A stretch of DNA of 64,000 bases, taken from positions 1 to 64,000 of the forward strand of contig JAJPCT020000017.1 of the NCBI GenBank assembly GCA_021323375.2. The letters are read 5' to 3'. Shown piece by piece: positions 27,765-37,601 of the stretch (within the stretch, counting starts at the first letter, position 1; the number at the start of each line of letters is the position of its first letter). This DNA comes from Candidatus Wolframiiraptor gerlachensis (GTDB lineage: Archaea > Thermoproteota > Nitrososphaeria_A > Caldarchaeales > Wolframiiraptoraceae). Under the pieces are notes generated by a model that did no database searches, was not told where the DNA came from, and saw nothing but the letters and a program-made list of their open reading frames with translations. The position numbers and the translations under genes are program-made.

Positions 27765-28865
27765 ATGAAAGAGCTTGAGAGGCTCGCAGCTGAAAAGGCT
27801 CGCGCCGCCGTCAAATATGATAAGATCGGGATGAGGGAGGAGGCGGCGAAGCGGTATCGCGAGGCTATAGCCCTCCTAGAGAAGCTCATAGAGCTCACTG
27901 ATGACCCGGTCATGAAGAGGATCTACGAGGAGAAACAGGCGCAGTATAGGCGGAGGATCGAGGCGCTAAGCGAGAAGGTCTCGGTTGGCGGGAGATCCGA
28001 TGAGCAAGCTGAGGTTGATGAGAGCTTCATAATCCAGAATCCGCCACCCGTCAAGTGGGATGATGTAATTGGATTGGAACAGGCGAAGAAGGCTATTCTC
28101 GAGAGCATAATCTACCCCATGAAGAGGCCTGACCTCTTCCCACTAGGATGGCCTCGCGGGATTCTGTTATTCGGGCCCCCGGGCTGTGGCAAGACCATGC
28201 TCGCGGCCGCGGTCGCGAACGAGATAGACGCGGTCTTCATGCACGTGGATGCCTCTCTGATAATGTCGAAGTGGCTCGGCGAGTCTGAGAGAAACATAGC
28301 CAAGATCTTCAACGCCGCGAGGAAGTATGAGTCCACGGGCAAGCCCGTGATAATCTTCATAGATGAGGTGGACTCGCTTGCCGCGGTGAGGCTGAATGAG
28401 GTTGGGGGAGAGGCTAGAGCAAGAAACCAGCTGATAAAGGAGATGGATGGCCTGCTGGATAAGGGCAGGAAGAGCCTAATCTATATACTGGCCGCGACGA
28501 ATAAGCCCTGGCTCCTTGACGAGCCTTTCATCAGGAGATTCCAGAAGAGGATCTACATAGGATTACCGAGTTATGAGGCGAGGCTCCGGCTATTCCAATA
28601 CTATGCGGGGAAGCTGAACCTTGATAACGTGGACTTCGCGGAGCTCGCGAAGATAACGGAGGGCTACTCAGCCGCCGACATATACTCGATATGCGTGGAA
28701 GTTCAGACGAAGATCGTCAGCGAGTTCTTCGAGCAGGGTGGAGAAGAGCCGAGGAAGATAACAATGGAAGACTTCTTGGAGGTTATCAGGAGCAGGAAGC
28801 CAAGCATCGACCCAAAGAGCATAGAGAAGATGATGGAGTGGTATGAGAGGTTTGGCGCCCTCTAG
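27765..28865 (+). CDS. cdvC: Vps4/CdvC AAA+ ATPase with MIT domain
   Basis: MIT (AVKYDK..YREAI), GPPGCGKT, SKWLGESE, FIDEVD, RRFQKR; start ATG 27765. Confidence 0.92.
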   Translation: MKELERLAAEKARAAVKYDKIGMREEAAKRYREAIALLEKLIELTDDPVMKRIYEEKQAQYRRRIEALSEKVSVGGRSDEQAEVDESFIIQNPPPVKWDDVIGLEQAKKAILESIIYPMKRPDLFPLGWPRGILLFGPPGCGKTMLAAAVANEIDAVFMHVDASLIMSKWLGESERNIAKIFNAARKYESTGKPVIIFIDEVDSLAAVRLNEVGGEARARNQLIKEMDGLLDKGRKSLIYILAATNKPWLLDEPFIRRFQKRIYIGLPSYEARLRLFQYYAGKLNLDNVDFAELAKITEGYSAADIYSICVEVQTKIVSEFFEQGGEEPRKITMEDFLEVIRSRKPSIDPKSIEKMMEWYERFGAL

Positions 28866-29602
28866 CCGACGAGCTCTATCAACCCCTTCTCCTCTAATTT
28901 CATCAGTATCTCCTTAACCTGCTTGACGTCTATTCCAAGCTCCTTCGCGCATTTCTTCAGGTTGATCTCGGAGCCGGCTTTCGATAGATATGAATAGACC
29001 ATCTGCTCGATCTCCGAGAGCTGCGGGACGTCCGGGAATGATTCCTTGATCCGCTCGGCCGCGAGCCTTCTAGCCTCTTCAAGAACCTTCTTCGCGTCCT
29101 CGCTCACCTCCTGTGTTCCGATCTCCACGGCACTGGCCATATTCGAGCTAGTGAAGTCCTCGATGTAGCAAGCGAGCTCGTGCAAGTTCTTGGCCGCATC
29201 CGGCGCCACCCCAGCCACCTCATCCTCCACTTCAGCAATTAGCGAGAGGAGAGGCACGACTAAGCCTATGAGATCACTCACCTCGATTATCGTCTCGAGC
29301 CTGAGCTTCACCTGTTCCAGCATCAGCTGCGACCTCCTAACCATCTTAGCCAGCTTCCTCAACTCAGCTATCTCCTCGGCATATATTGAGGCCCTCTCCT
29401 CGTCCCCAGACTCCATGGCGTCCACGACCTGCTCGAAGTATTCCTTGCTCCTTGACACCAGCTCTCGATACTTGGACTCGAGCCTAAGGATCTGGGCATT
29501 AAGCTTGCTAAGGGACTGCTCAAGATTACGCCTAACCTCCTCTCTCGCCTCCTCGTCAATGAATGGATCTACTTTATAGCCGTCTCCGCCAGGCACTTGC
29601 AT
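28862..29602 (-). CDS. cdvB: ESCRT-III CdvB with MIM2-like motif and C-terminal winged helix
   Basis: RASIYAEEIAELRK..LEQVKLRLET, FPDVP, wH ending LEEKGLIEL. Confidence 0.9.
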   Translation of the reverse strand: MQVPGGDGYKVDPFIDEEAREEVRRNLEQSLSKLNAQILRLESKYRELVSRSKEYFEQVVDAMESGDEERASIYAEEIAELRKLAKMVRRSQLMLEQVKLRLETIIEVSDLIGLVVPLLSLIAEVEDEVAGVAPDAAKNLHELACYIEDFTSSNMASAVEIGTQEVSEDAKKVLEEARRLAAERIKESFPDVPQLSEIEQMVYSYLSKAGSEINLKKCAKELGIDVKQVKEILMKLEEKGLIELVG

Positions 29603-29723
29603 GCGCAGAATGCTCTCAAGCTTCCGGTCTCTTAAAGTGTTTTGGAGAAATCAAGCATGATGTGATGTCTATGGGATTCTTGGAGAAATACCGCTCACAT
29701 GTTCTAGGTTTGGCCACGGGGGA

Positions 29724-31178
29724 TCAGGAATACCTCCTCCCAAATAGGAGCCTCGTCTCCCCCATGGCCCTCAGCTCCACCTCCCTAACCCTTACGACCA
29801 CCGGGAGATCATTCACCACGCGACCTATTATCAGGCAGTGCCTCGGGGGGAGCATCTTCGCTATCCTCTTAACCGTGTCAGAATCCACCCTTGAGGCCTT
29901 AGATATATAGTTCAGGTCAGACTCGTTCGTGAAGTTGAAGAGGAAGATGTTGTCGGCCTGCCTATATATCATCTCGGGGATACTGTCAGGTTGATTCGTC
30001 ACGAATATTGGGAATATGCCGATATGCCTCATCCGCGTTACCAAATCATCCCAGTAGGTCTCCCTGAGGTATAGATGGGCCTCCTCAGCTACTAGGAAGA
30101 GGGGGTCTATGGCGCCTTCGCGCAAGAGGCTCGAGAGCTTGCTCAACACATACTCCACGATTATCTTCTTCGTCTGGTGGATGCTATTCGAGAGATCTAT
30201 CACGATTATCCCGCCGCTCCTAGAATTCAATACATCCTCGATCCTTACTGGGCTCTCATCATCGAAGAAGCCGGTCTCGCTGAGGCTTAGTAGCCTGCTC
30301 ATCAACGCCTCCCTCACCGACTCATGCATCTGCATCCTGCTGACCGCGTTTATCAGCCCCCTCAACGTAACCCTCCCCTCATTTCTCTCAACGGAGCTCC
30401 AGATCCTCATGAACTCCCTAATCGTGGTCGCGGGCGTCGCGAGGATGTGCTGGAGTATATCGGCCATAGTCTTGAGGCCGGCATCCTCAACCGAGACCCT
30501 GAAATTTTCCCCCGGCGTTAGCACATAATGCCTACCAGCCATCCTGCTCACCGAGCCATCAACGGTCTCTGATAGGCCGATGTATTCGCCGTTTATATCG
30601 AAGACCACCACCGTGGCCCCATACTCCGCAAGCGATGTTATCAGAAGCTTCGTCAGATAGGATTTACCAGTCTCCTTCTTTCCCGTTATTATCGTGAGCC
30701 TTCCATCAAGATCCTCGGCATATATTGAGATCGTCCCACTCATGCATTCCCCGATAATTATCCTCCTCCGGCCGCATGTCCTCATGAGATCGGAGATAAG
30801 CTCCGGAGAGGCCTTCTCTATCCTTGAGTTGAACCTAGATGGAAGCCAGATCACATCATTCCTCAGCGATCCATCAACGATTACTCCGCGGAACTTCGCT
30901 ATTATCCTGCGGGAATCCCTCACATCGAGGAGTATCGAGCCGACGCCATATGGGTCGAAATTCTTCATCGAGAAATGTTCTGATGCGAGCTCCCTCAGCA
31001 CGTCCTCGAGTATCCCCGGGACATCAGCATATTCTATGTCTATCACCTGTGCTAGGATGGATCTACCGCCATCAGTTATGAGTATGTAGTCTCCACGGAC
31101 TAGGGGCTCCTCATCAGGTGAGGCAAGGAGCTCGATCGTATCGCCATTCTTCGATAGTATCTTCACCTCGCAAATCAC
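29724..31178 (-). CDS. herA: HerA/FtsK family ATPase
   Basis: HAS-like N-terminus, GKKETGKS, FDINGEY, AEEAH, RMRHIG, TNQP. Confidence 0.88.
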   Translation of the reverse strand: MICEVKILSKNGDTIELLASPDEEPLVRGDYILITDGGRSILAQVIDIEYADVPGILEDVLRELASEHFSMKNFDPYGVGSILLDVRDSRRIIAKFRGVIVDGSLRNDVIWLPSRFNSRIEKASPELISDLMRTCGRRRIIIGECMSGTISIYAEDLDGRLTIITGKKETGKSYLTKLLITSLAEYGATVVVFDINGEYIGLSETVDGSVSRMAGRHYVLTPGENFRVSVEDAGLKTMADILQHILATPATTIREFMRIWSSVERNEGRVTLRGLINAVSRMQMHESVREALMSRLLSLSETGFFDDESPVRIEDVLNSRSGGIIVIDLSNSIHQTKKIIVEYVLSKLSSLLREGAIDPLFLVAEEAHLYLRETYWDDLVTRMRHIGIFPIFVTNQPDSIPEMIYRQADNIFLFNFTNESDLNYISKASRVDSDTVKRIAKMLPPRHCLIIGRVVNDLPVVVRVREVELRAMGETRLLFGRRYS

Positions 31179-32209
31179 CTCCTATCAATCGGGTTGAAGA
31201 GCATGTCTCGTATCGAGTCCTCCCTAAAGAGCTCGGCCCCCAGTCCTCTGAGCATCGCCTGTATCGCGATCACATCGCTCTTCGTGAACGTGCAATAGTC
31301 ATGGGCTAGTATAAGGAGCTCCGGATACCCGTAGATCAGTGGGTCGCTTTTCAGGAGGCTTCCGAACACCTCCTCAACCCTCCTGCATGTCACTGCATCA
31401 ACCCTGTAGGCGCTGAGCCCAGAGCTGAGCTTAGCGAGAAACGTCCTCCCGAGGACGCGAACCCGCATCTCAAGCCCCTCGATTAGCCATGTCATGTCGA
31501 TTATGTATGGTGGTTTGGCACCAAGCCTATCATCCGTGAATATCGAGCTCCAGAACTGGAGGATGCTCGTCTTTGAGAATGCTAGGATATCGTTGCCCCG
31601 CGGCCTAGCCTCCTCAAGTATCCTCGAGACGAGCCATAGCGGGTTATCCTGCGGCCCAGCGGAGAGGGATCCATCCACAAGTATTATGCTATCCTTGAAC
31701 TGCTTGACGACATGCTCTTGGAGGCGTTTCTCGAGGAGGCTGGCCAGCATCTTTTGGATGGAGCCATCCAGCTGATAGCCTGATAAGTCGAGGGGCGGGA
31801 GGTCTCCGAAGATCGATCCGAGGACACTTGTGATGTTCTCCGGGGTTAGGTATACAATGAAGGGGCCGACCCTCTGGATCTCCAGGCCGAGCGTGTTCCT
31901 GACAGCTATGCTGCCCCTAACCCCTAGGATAATGCCATCCCTCCCCACTGCGACGACTATTGAGGAAGTATCTATGGCCACGACCTGCCTCTCCACCGCG
32001 CCCTCCAAGGGTATGCTAATCGCGGAGACATCCAGCTGCTCAGCCTGCTCAATAAGCCTCAAATCCCAATCATTTTGAGCAAAACTCTCCTCATCAAACT
32101 CCATCGAGTAGGCCCCGTTGACAAGACCTAGGCTTCTCCGCCCTACCTCTAGGAAAGGCTTAAAGATTATCTCGAAATCGTTTAATCTGGGTTGGGCGAG
32201 TTGGCTCAT
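31175..32209 (-). CDS. nurA: NurA family nuclease
   Basis: VAIDTSS, LVDGSL, FSKTS, GYPELLILAHDYC; stop overlaps the herA start. Confidence 0.85.
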   Translation of the reverse strand: MSQLAQPRLNDFEIIFKPFLEVGRRSLGLVNGAYSMEFDEESFAQNDWDLRLIEQAEQLDVSAISIPLEGAVERQVVAIDTSSIVVAVGRDGIILGVRGSIAVRNTLGLEIQRVGPFIVYLTPENITSVLGSIFGDLPPLDLSGYQLDGSIQKMLASLLEKRLQEHVVKQFKDSIILVDGSLSAGPQDNPLWLVSRILEEARPRGNDILAFSKTSILQFWSSIFTDDRLGAKPPYIIDMTWLIEGLEMRVRVLGRTFLAKLSSGLSAYRVDAVTCRRVEEVFGSLLKSDPLIYGYPELLILAHDYCTFTKSDVIAIQAMLRGLGAELFREDSIRDMLFNPIDRR

Positions 32210-32280
32210 GTCCCTGGTCTCCCCGATTTTATTGGTCTTCCTGTGCTTATAAATGTTGCTCAACTTGAGCAAGATGGGAA

Positions 32281-32712
32281 ATGAGCGGGAAGGACAAAAT
32301 CAAGGTCGAGATCATGATAGGCCCCGCCACCGTTAGGGTTGAGGCTCCACCCGACCAGATAGAGGAGGCTGTGAGAAACGCCGTTACCGCCCTTAGATCG
32401 GCTTTACCCGAGCTTGGGGCTGAGGCCTCACTTAGCGGGCCTGCTATGGCCAAGCCTGAGAAAGCTCGGCGGAAGCCAGCGCCGACATGCTCCGAGCTTA
32501 TAAGGGGGCTTATAGAGGAGGGCTGGTTCGATCAGCCCAGAACGTTATCCGAGGTTGTTCAGGAGCTGGCTAAGAGGGGCTATCATTATGACTCGACCGC
32601 GGTTGCGCACAGCCTGCTAGATCTCGTGAGGGAGAGGGCGCTTGTGAGGGAGGGCATTCCAAGGCGCTATGTCTATCGTAGGCCTCCGCCCGCCGCCTGG
32701 GAAGGAGGATGA
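32281..32712 (+). CDS. winged-helix protein, paralog 1
   Basis: N-terminal KVEIMIG..VEAP; LIEEGWFDQPRTLSEV..LVREG..YVY. Confidence 0.8.
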   Translation: MSGKDKIKVEIMIGPATVRVEAPPDQIEEAVRNAVTALRSALPELGAEASLSGPAMAKPEKARRKPAPTCSELIRGLIEEGWFDQPRTLSEVVQELAKRGYHYDSTAVAHSLLDLVRERALVREGIPRRYVYRRPPPAAWEGG

Positions 32713-32713
32713 A

Positions 32714-33232
32714 CTAGCCCTGCTCCACCTCTCCCGCCAAGCCCTTCTTCGAGAACTTGTCGGCAAGATACTTTACTCCCAGGGGGGTTATGGTATAGTC
32801 TCCGCGATCAAGCCTCCTGAGGAGCTCTAGTTGAACAAGCTTCGTGAGATTATTCATTATTGTCTTCTTCTTTGCTGGTAGAACTGCCTCAAGCTCTCCG
32901 GGGCTTATATTTGGCGCCTCGATCCTCCCCAGCTTATGCTCCAAGTATTTCCTCAGGGCTAGTAGGAGGATTTGATCGGAAACTGATTTCAGCTGGCTTA
33001 GGCTGATCTTGAGGAAGAGGCCCTCCTGCGCATCATATACGAAGACTTCGCTAAAAGCCTCCAAGAGATCTTTCAAGTCCATGTTGAATGCGATCTTCCT
33101 AGCAAGCGAGTACGCTGGCAGAGTCTTCTCTATAAATGCTATGATCTGGCGGTAGACCGCCTCCGGCGGCCCCGAGAAGCTCATCTCAAGATCACCATAT
33201 CTTATTGTTACCTTAAGCTCCTCCATGCTCAT
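32714..33232 (-). CDS. winged-helix protein, paralog 2
   Basis: KVTIRYGDLEMSFSGPPEAV; C-terminal RGDYTITPLG. Confidence 0.8.
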   Translation of the reverse strand: MSMEELKVTIRYGDLEMSFSGPPEAVYRQIIAFIEKTLPAYSLARKIAFNMDLKDLLEAFSEVFVYDAQEGLFLKISLSQLKSVSDQILLLALRKYLEHKLGRIEAPNISPGELEAVLPAKKKTIMNNLTKLVQLELLRRLDRGDYTITPLGVKYLADKFSKKGLAGEVEQG

Positions 33233-33699
33233 GCCTCCTCACCAAATAGCTCGTTAATGGAGCCTGATGTGAATGAATATAATCCTTCATTGGTCTTGGC
33301 GACGAGCCCTGCTTTTCTCAGCTCACTCAGCCTCGCTCTGGCAACCCGCTCATCGAGGCCTGTGCAGACCGCTATCTCCTTGGGCGTGAGATGCTCCTTC
33401 TCGAAGAGACCGAGCCTCCTCCCGACATAGGCCGCTGCTAGGCAAAGGAGTATCCTCCTCTTGGCATCCCTCTCCTTCATGATTATTATCCTGCCATCCC
33501 TGAATTCGACAAGGCCCTCGAGCTTCCTCGCGAGACCTGTCAAGTCCACGGCTCCGGTAAGCTTCTTGGCAACCTCGAGCGCTGGATAAGTCTCGGAGAA
33601 GAACTTGTTCACGCTCCTCCAAACTTCCTCATAGCCTCCCTCGAACTCCACCTCAGTCTCGCCGCACTTGATCACGACCTTAACCCTCTCAGAGCTCAT
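33229..33699 (-). CDS. winged-helix protein, paralog 3
   Basis: KVVIKCGETEVEFEGGYEEV; ARLSELRKAGLV..GLY. Confidence 0.8.
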   Translation of the reverse strand: MSSERVKVVIKCGETEVEFEGGYEEVWRSVNKFFSETYPALEVAKKLTGAVDLTGLARKLEGLVEFRDGRIIIMKERDAKRRILLCLAAAYVGRRLGLFEKEHLTPKEIAVCTGLDERVARARLSELRKAGLVAKTNEGLYSFTSGSINELFGEEA

Positions 33700-34187
33700 C
33701 CCCCGCCACCTCCCCCGCTCATGAGCTTCTCAACATATTCAATCCCCTTTCTCAATATCCGGAAGACCTTGCGATCATTCTGCTTCCCAGCATCCTCCAT
33801 GTAGCCCTCGCGGATCAGATGAGACATTACATCCCAGACATTCTTCGGCATGGGCCATCTAGCCTGAGCATAATACTTCTCAACATCCTCGTATGTCAGA
33901 TCCCTCCCTTCCTGCCTGTAGAGGTAGTAGGCTATTGTCAGAAACTTCTCCCAGTTCTTCTCGGGATTCACGTGGCTCGCGAACTCAACGAAGGATGAGA
34001 AGCTCGCGGTTGTCATGACCGCCAGCTGCTGAGGCGCCTTAACCGTCTCCTGCCTTCCAAGGCCTCCAAGCCTCTCGAGAAGCGCGTCGATCCAGCTTAG
34101 ATCCGCGAACCTGGCTTCAAGGAACTCCCTGTCTCCCTCGAGTTCCAGCTCCAGCCCCCCAACCTTTACCCTAAGCCTGTATGTCAT
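33696..34187 (-). CDS. winged-helix protein, paralog 4
   Basis: RLRVKVGGLELELEGDREFL; FRILRKGIEYVE. Confidence 0.8.
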   Translation of the reverse strand: MTYRLRVKVGGLELELEGDREFLEARFADLSWIDALLERLGGLGRQETVKAPQQLAVMTTASFSSFVEFASHVNPEKNWEKFLTIAYYLYRQEGRDLTYEDVEKYYAQARWPMPKNVWDVMSHLIREGYMEDAGKQNDRKVFRILRKGIEYVEKLMSGGGGGG

Positions 34188-34303
34188 CTGTGCCTCAAGG
34201 AAAATTGTTCCCTTATCAGGCTATTAAGGCTTAGGGACCCGGTCGAAAATGAGGTTTCATGAATGTTCTTGGGCACGTTTAAGGCACCGGTCATACGTGG
34301 ATT

Positions 34304-36220
34304 CTAGGGATATGTTTGGCCGGTTTGGCCATACACTGCTTGGGAGACGAGCTGATATAGCTTTCCCCCGTCAAACCTCCCGCGATAAGTCTTCATGAGC
34401 TCGCCCATGATCACGGAGATCGCCTTCCCGGGGTTCGATCTGACGAGGTCTCGATTAGCCTCCACGAGCTCAGCGATCCGGGCTCTAATTTCCTCAAGGC
34501 TGGCGGCTCTTAATCCCAAGGCATTTATCGCATCATCCAAGTTCTTGCCGGGATTCTGGGCGAGCCATTTAATGATCTCGGGAGCAGCCTCCTTCGCCAG
34601 CTCCCCCCTCACCACACGCCTAAAGAACTCGAGGAGATCCTCCTCCCTGATCTTCTCTACTTCATAGCCCTCGCGCCTTAGGCTCTTCATGTGCTCCACG
34701 AGTATCGAGGCCGCTATGCTGGGCTGGACGCCCGTCTCCCCAACTACTCTCTCGAAGAGCTCAACCTTCTCCGAGTCTATCAGCTCATCAGCAATCTGCC
34801 TGCTTACCCCATATCTCCTCGAGATCCACTCGGCGACCTCGTCGAGGCTTGGTGGAAGCCGGCGCCTAACCTCCTCAACATATTCTCTTGGTAGTGGGAG
34901 TGGCGGGATATCGGTCTCAGGATACATTCTAGCAGCCCCGGGCCTCGGCCTCAAGTATATCGTGGTTCCATCCGGCTTTGCTCCACGAGTCTCTGATGGC
35001 ACGCCGTGAAGAGCCTCGATCGCCCTCTCCCTAACCTTCTCAAGCGCATCCTCAGCCCTCTCCCGCTCAGCCGCGACTATGACGACCGCGTCGAGGTCGC
35101 CGGCCCCAACCTCCTCCCTCAACCTCGCAATCTCCTCCTCTGAGATCCCATAGCCGGGCAGCTCATCGGTATGAAATATCCCCTCGACATCAGACCATGC
35201 TCTAGCCCTTCCCGCGAGCTCTGCTCCAAGCCTTATCCCCGGAGCCGCCTCCAGCCCCAGAAGACCTCTAAATCCCCTAAGCTTCAGCGCCAGAACAACG
35301 CCGCCCGCCTCAATCTTCCTCCGAAGAATCTTGGATGAGGTCTTCGCGAATATTTGTGTAACATCCCTTATCGGCTCCCGCCTAAGATCATCCTCAGACA
35401 CTCCCCTATTTCTCAATTCATCCCTTATCTTGAGGAGGTGGAGTTGTCTAACTACCTCGAGTTCGATGACCTTTGGCAGAAGGTCTAGCTCCTGGACTCC
35501 CTTAATCTCGACGAGGGCTCCACCTGTTATCGAGATGTTTAGATCCTGCCTGACGGTTCCTATTCCTCTCTTGACCCTTCGCGTTGCCCTGAGTATCCTT
35601 CCTATGGCATATGCGACCTTATACGCCTCCTCCGGCGAGTTTATCACCGGCGCTGTCGAGACCTCGATCAAGGGTATCCCGAGCCTCGAGAGATCATAAT
35701 GCACCTCATGCGGCTTCTGTTCGATTATCCGGGCTGCATCCTCCTCGAGTGTTATCGTCTGTATTGGAATCTTCTTCCCATTAACCTCAATCTCCCCTCC
35801 CAATGCTATCACACATGTCCTCTGGAACCCGGTAGTATTCGACCCATCTATGACTATCTTTCTCATTATGTGGATCTCATCTACTGGCCTCGCCTTCATC
35901 ATGAGTGCTGCTGTGAGCGCTATCTCAACCGCCTCCCTATTCAGATCATGCGGCGGCTCCTCATCAAGCTCCACGAGACACGTGTTCTCTGTGTTCGCGT
36001 GATAGACTATCATCCTCCGCTTCCGGGACTCGAAGAGGGCTGCTGGATCAACCTCTCCGAGCTCGCTCTGGGCCTCCCTCAGCCACCTGATGAAGACTAT
36101 CTCCCTGCCACCCTCCCTCGGCGTCGTTGGGCAGTCGCAGAATAGCTTATGCCGCGTATCAAGCTGTCTATGGATCTCCAAGCCAACCTTCAGGCCGATC
36201 TCCCTATAGTCGATCTTCAT
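34304..36220 (-). CDS. gatE: Glu-tRNA(Gln) amidotransferase subunit E
   Basis: GLEIHRQL, DGSNTTGFQRT, PRPGAARMYPETD. Confidence 0.97.
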   Translation of the reverse strand: MKIDYREIGLKVGLEIHRQLDTRHKLFCDCPTTPREGGREIVFIRWLREAQSELGEVDPAALFESRKRRMIVYHANTENTCLVELDEEPPHDLNREAVEIALTAALMMKARPVDEIHIMRKIVIDGSNTTGFQRTCVIALGGEIEVNGKKIPIQTITLEEDAARIIEQKPHEVHYDLSRLGIPLIEVSTAPVINSPEEAYKVAYAIGRILRATRRVKRGIGTVRQDLNISITGGALVEIKGVQELDLLPKVIELEVVRQLHLLKIRDELRNRGVSEDDLRREPIRDVTQIFAKTSSKILRRKIEAGGVVLALKLRGFRGLLGLEAAPGIRLGAELAGRARAWSDVEGIFHTDELPGYGISEEEIARLREEVGAGDLDAVVIVAAERERAEDALEKVRERAIEALHGVPSETRGAKPDGTTIYLRPRPGAARMYPETDIPPLPLPREYVEEVRRRLPPSLDEVAEWISRRYGVSRQIADELIDSEKVELFERVVGETGVQPSIAASILVEHMKSLRREGYEVEKIREEDLLEFFRRVVRGELAKEAAPEIIKWLAQNPGKNLDDAINALGLRAASLEEIRARIAELVEANRDLVRSNPGKAISVIMGELMKTYRGRFDGGKLYQLVSQAVYGQTGQTYP

Positions 36221-37560
36221 GGTGCAACCACCTCCCGGATCGAGGGCATGCTCCTCTCGCCCATCTCGCCCGCAATAGGCGTCAGCATGAGCTTCTTCAC
36301 CTCCTCCAAGTCACGTGCTCTAGCAAGACACCATGATAGCTTCACATAAGCGGTCTCGGGGAGCATGTCATCGAGCGGCACGACGCCAGCCTTAAGCAAG
36401 TATCTCCCCGTATCATAGACCCTCATGTTTATCCTACCGAAGATGCATTGCGATGTCATACCTATGAAGACACCTTCATCTACAAGTCTTCTTATCGTTG
36501 GGATTAGCTTGTTGGCGACGTGGCCTAGGCCCGTCCCCTCCAGTATAATCCCCCTAATTCCGAGATCGTGGACTGCTTCTAGGATCTCGGGCGGCATCCC
36601 CGGGTAGAACTTGATGAGAGCAGCATCCTTCGAGAATCCTGGCTCAAACCTATAGTCTCCCGAGCCGCGCGGGTTCAGGTTCCTTGCATTGATCTTTATC
36701 TCGCCCCCTGAGACATATGCTATTGGCTCTGAGTTCACAGATTTGAATGCATCCCTGCTGCTCGTGTGGAGCTTTCTCACCCTCGTTCCCCTATGGATCG
36801 CTATCACAGTGTCGGAGTGCCATGCGTGCATCGAGACGCAGACCTCCGCGAATGGCGCGTGGCCAGCGATCCTGACAGCCGCGATAAGATTTGTTGCTGC
36901 ATCGCTTGAGGGCCTATCAGAGGATCTCTGAGCGCCAACGAAGACCACTGGAACCGGGGGCTTCTGGAGCGCGAAGCTTAGTGCCGCGGCCGAGTATCCC
37001 ATGGTATCGGTTCCATGCGCTATCACCACGCCCTCAACGCCTCCCCTGATCAGCTTATCAACCTCAGCCGCCATCATGTTCCAGTGATCCGGCGTCATAT
37101 CCTCGCTATATATCGAGAACAGGATCCTTGCATCAAGATCCGCGATATCGGCGAGCTCGGGGACTATTGAGAGCAGATCCTCGGCGGTGAGCGCCGCCCT
37201 AACACCGCCAGTCCTATAATCTATCCTGCTGGCTATAGTGCCGCCTGTGCTCACTATCACGACTTTGGGTAGTCCCGGCTTCTGCGGCGGTCGCGGGGGC
37301 GGGATGAACCTCGGCTTAGCCGCTCGGGCCACCCTCCTGATCGAGGTAATACTAGAGGCATTTATCCCAATATTATATCCGTTCGGGAGCTTTATGACTA
37401 TGTATCCGGGATCCGCGAGCTCGTATCTCGACATTAATATCCCGCGGTAAACCTCATCTCCCGCCTGGATCTCCACCTCGTCTCCAACCTCTACGCCGGC
37501 CCTCTCTAGGAGGGCTCGAACCTCGCCATGGTATCCTTGTAGAGCATCTTGATCGCTCAA
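36217..37560 (-). CDS. gatD: Glu-tRNA(Gln) amidotransferase subunit D
   Basis: TGGTIASRIDYRTG, HGTDT, GAQRSSDRPSSD. Confidence 0.97.
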   Translation of the reverse strand: MSDQDALQGYHGEVRALLERAGVEVGDEVEIQAGDEVYRGILMSRYELADPGYIVIKLPNGYNIGINASSITSIRRVARAAKPRFIPPPRPPQKPGLPKVVIVSTGGTIASRIDYRTGGVRAALTAEDLLSIVPELADIADLDARILFSIYSEDMTPDHWNMMAAEVDKLIRGGVEGVVIAHGTDTMGYSAAALSFALQKPPVPVVFVGAQRSSDRPSSDAATNLIAAVRIAGHAPFAEVCVSMHAWHSDTVIAIHRGTRVRKLHTSSRDAFKSVNSEPIAYVSGGEIKINARNLNPRGSGDYRFEPGFSKDAALIKFYPGMPPEILEAVHDLGIRGIILEGTGLGHVANKLIPTIRRLVDEGVFIGMTSQCIFGRINMRVYDTGRYLLKAGVVPLDDMLPETAYVKLSWCLARARDLEEVKKLMLTPIAGEMGERSMPSIREVVAP

Positions 37561-37601
37561 TTTCCCGCCGCTTTTCAGGGTTTCCCGCGATTAAACTTTT
37601 T

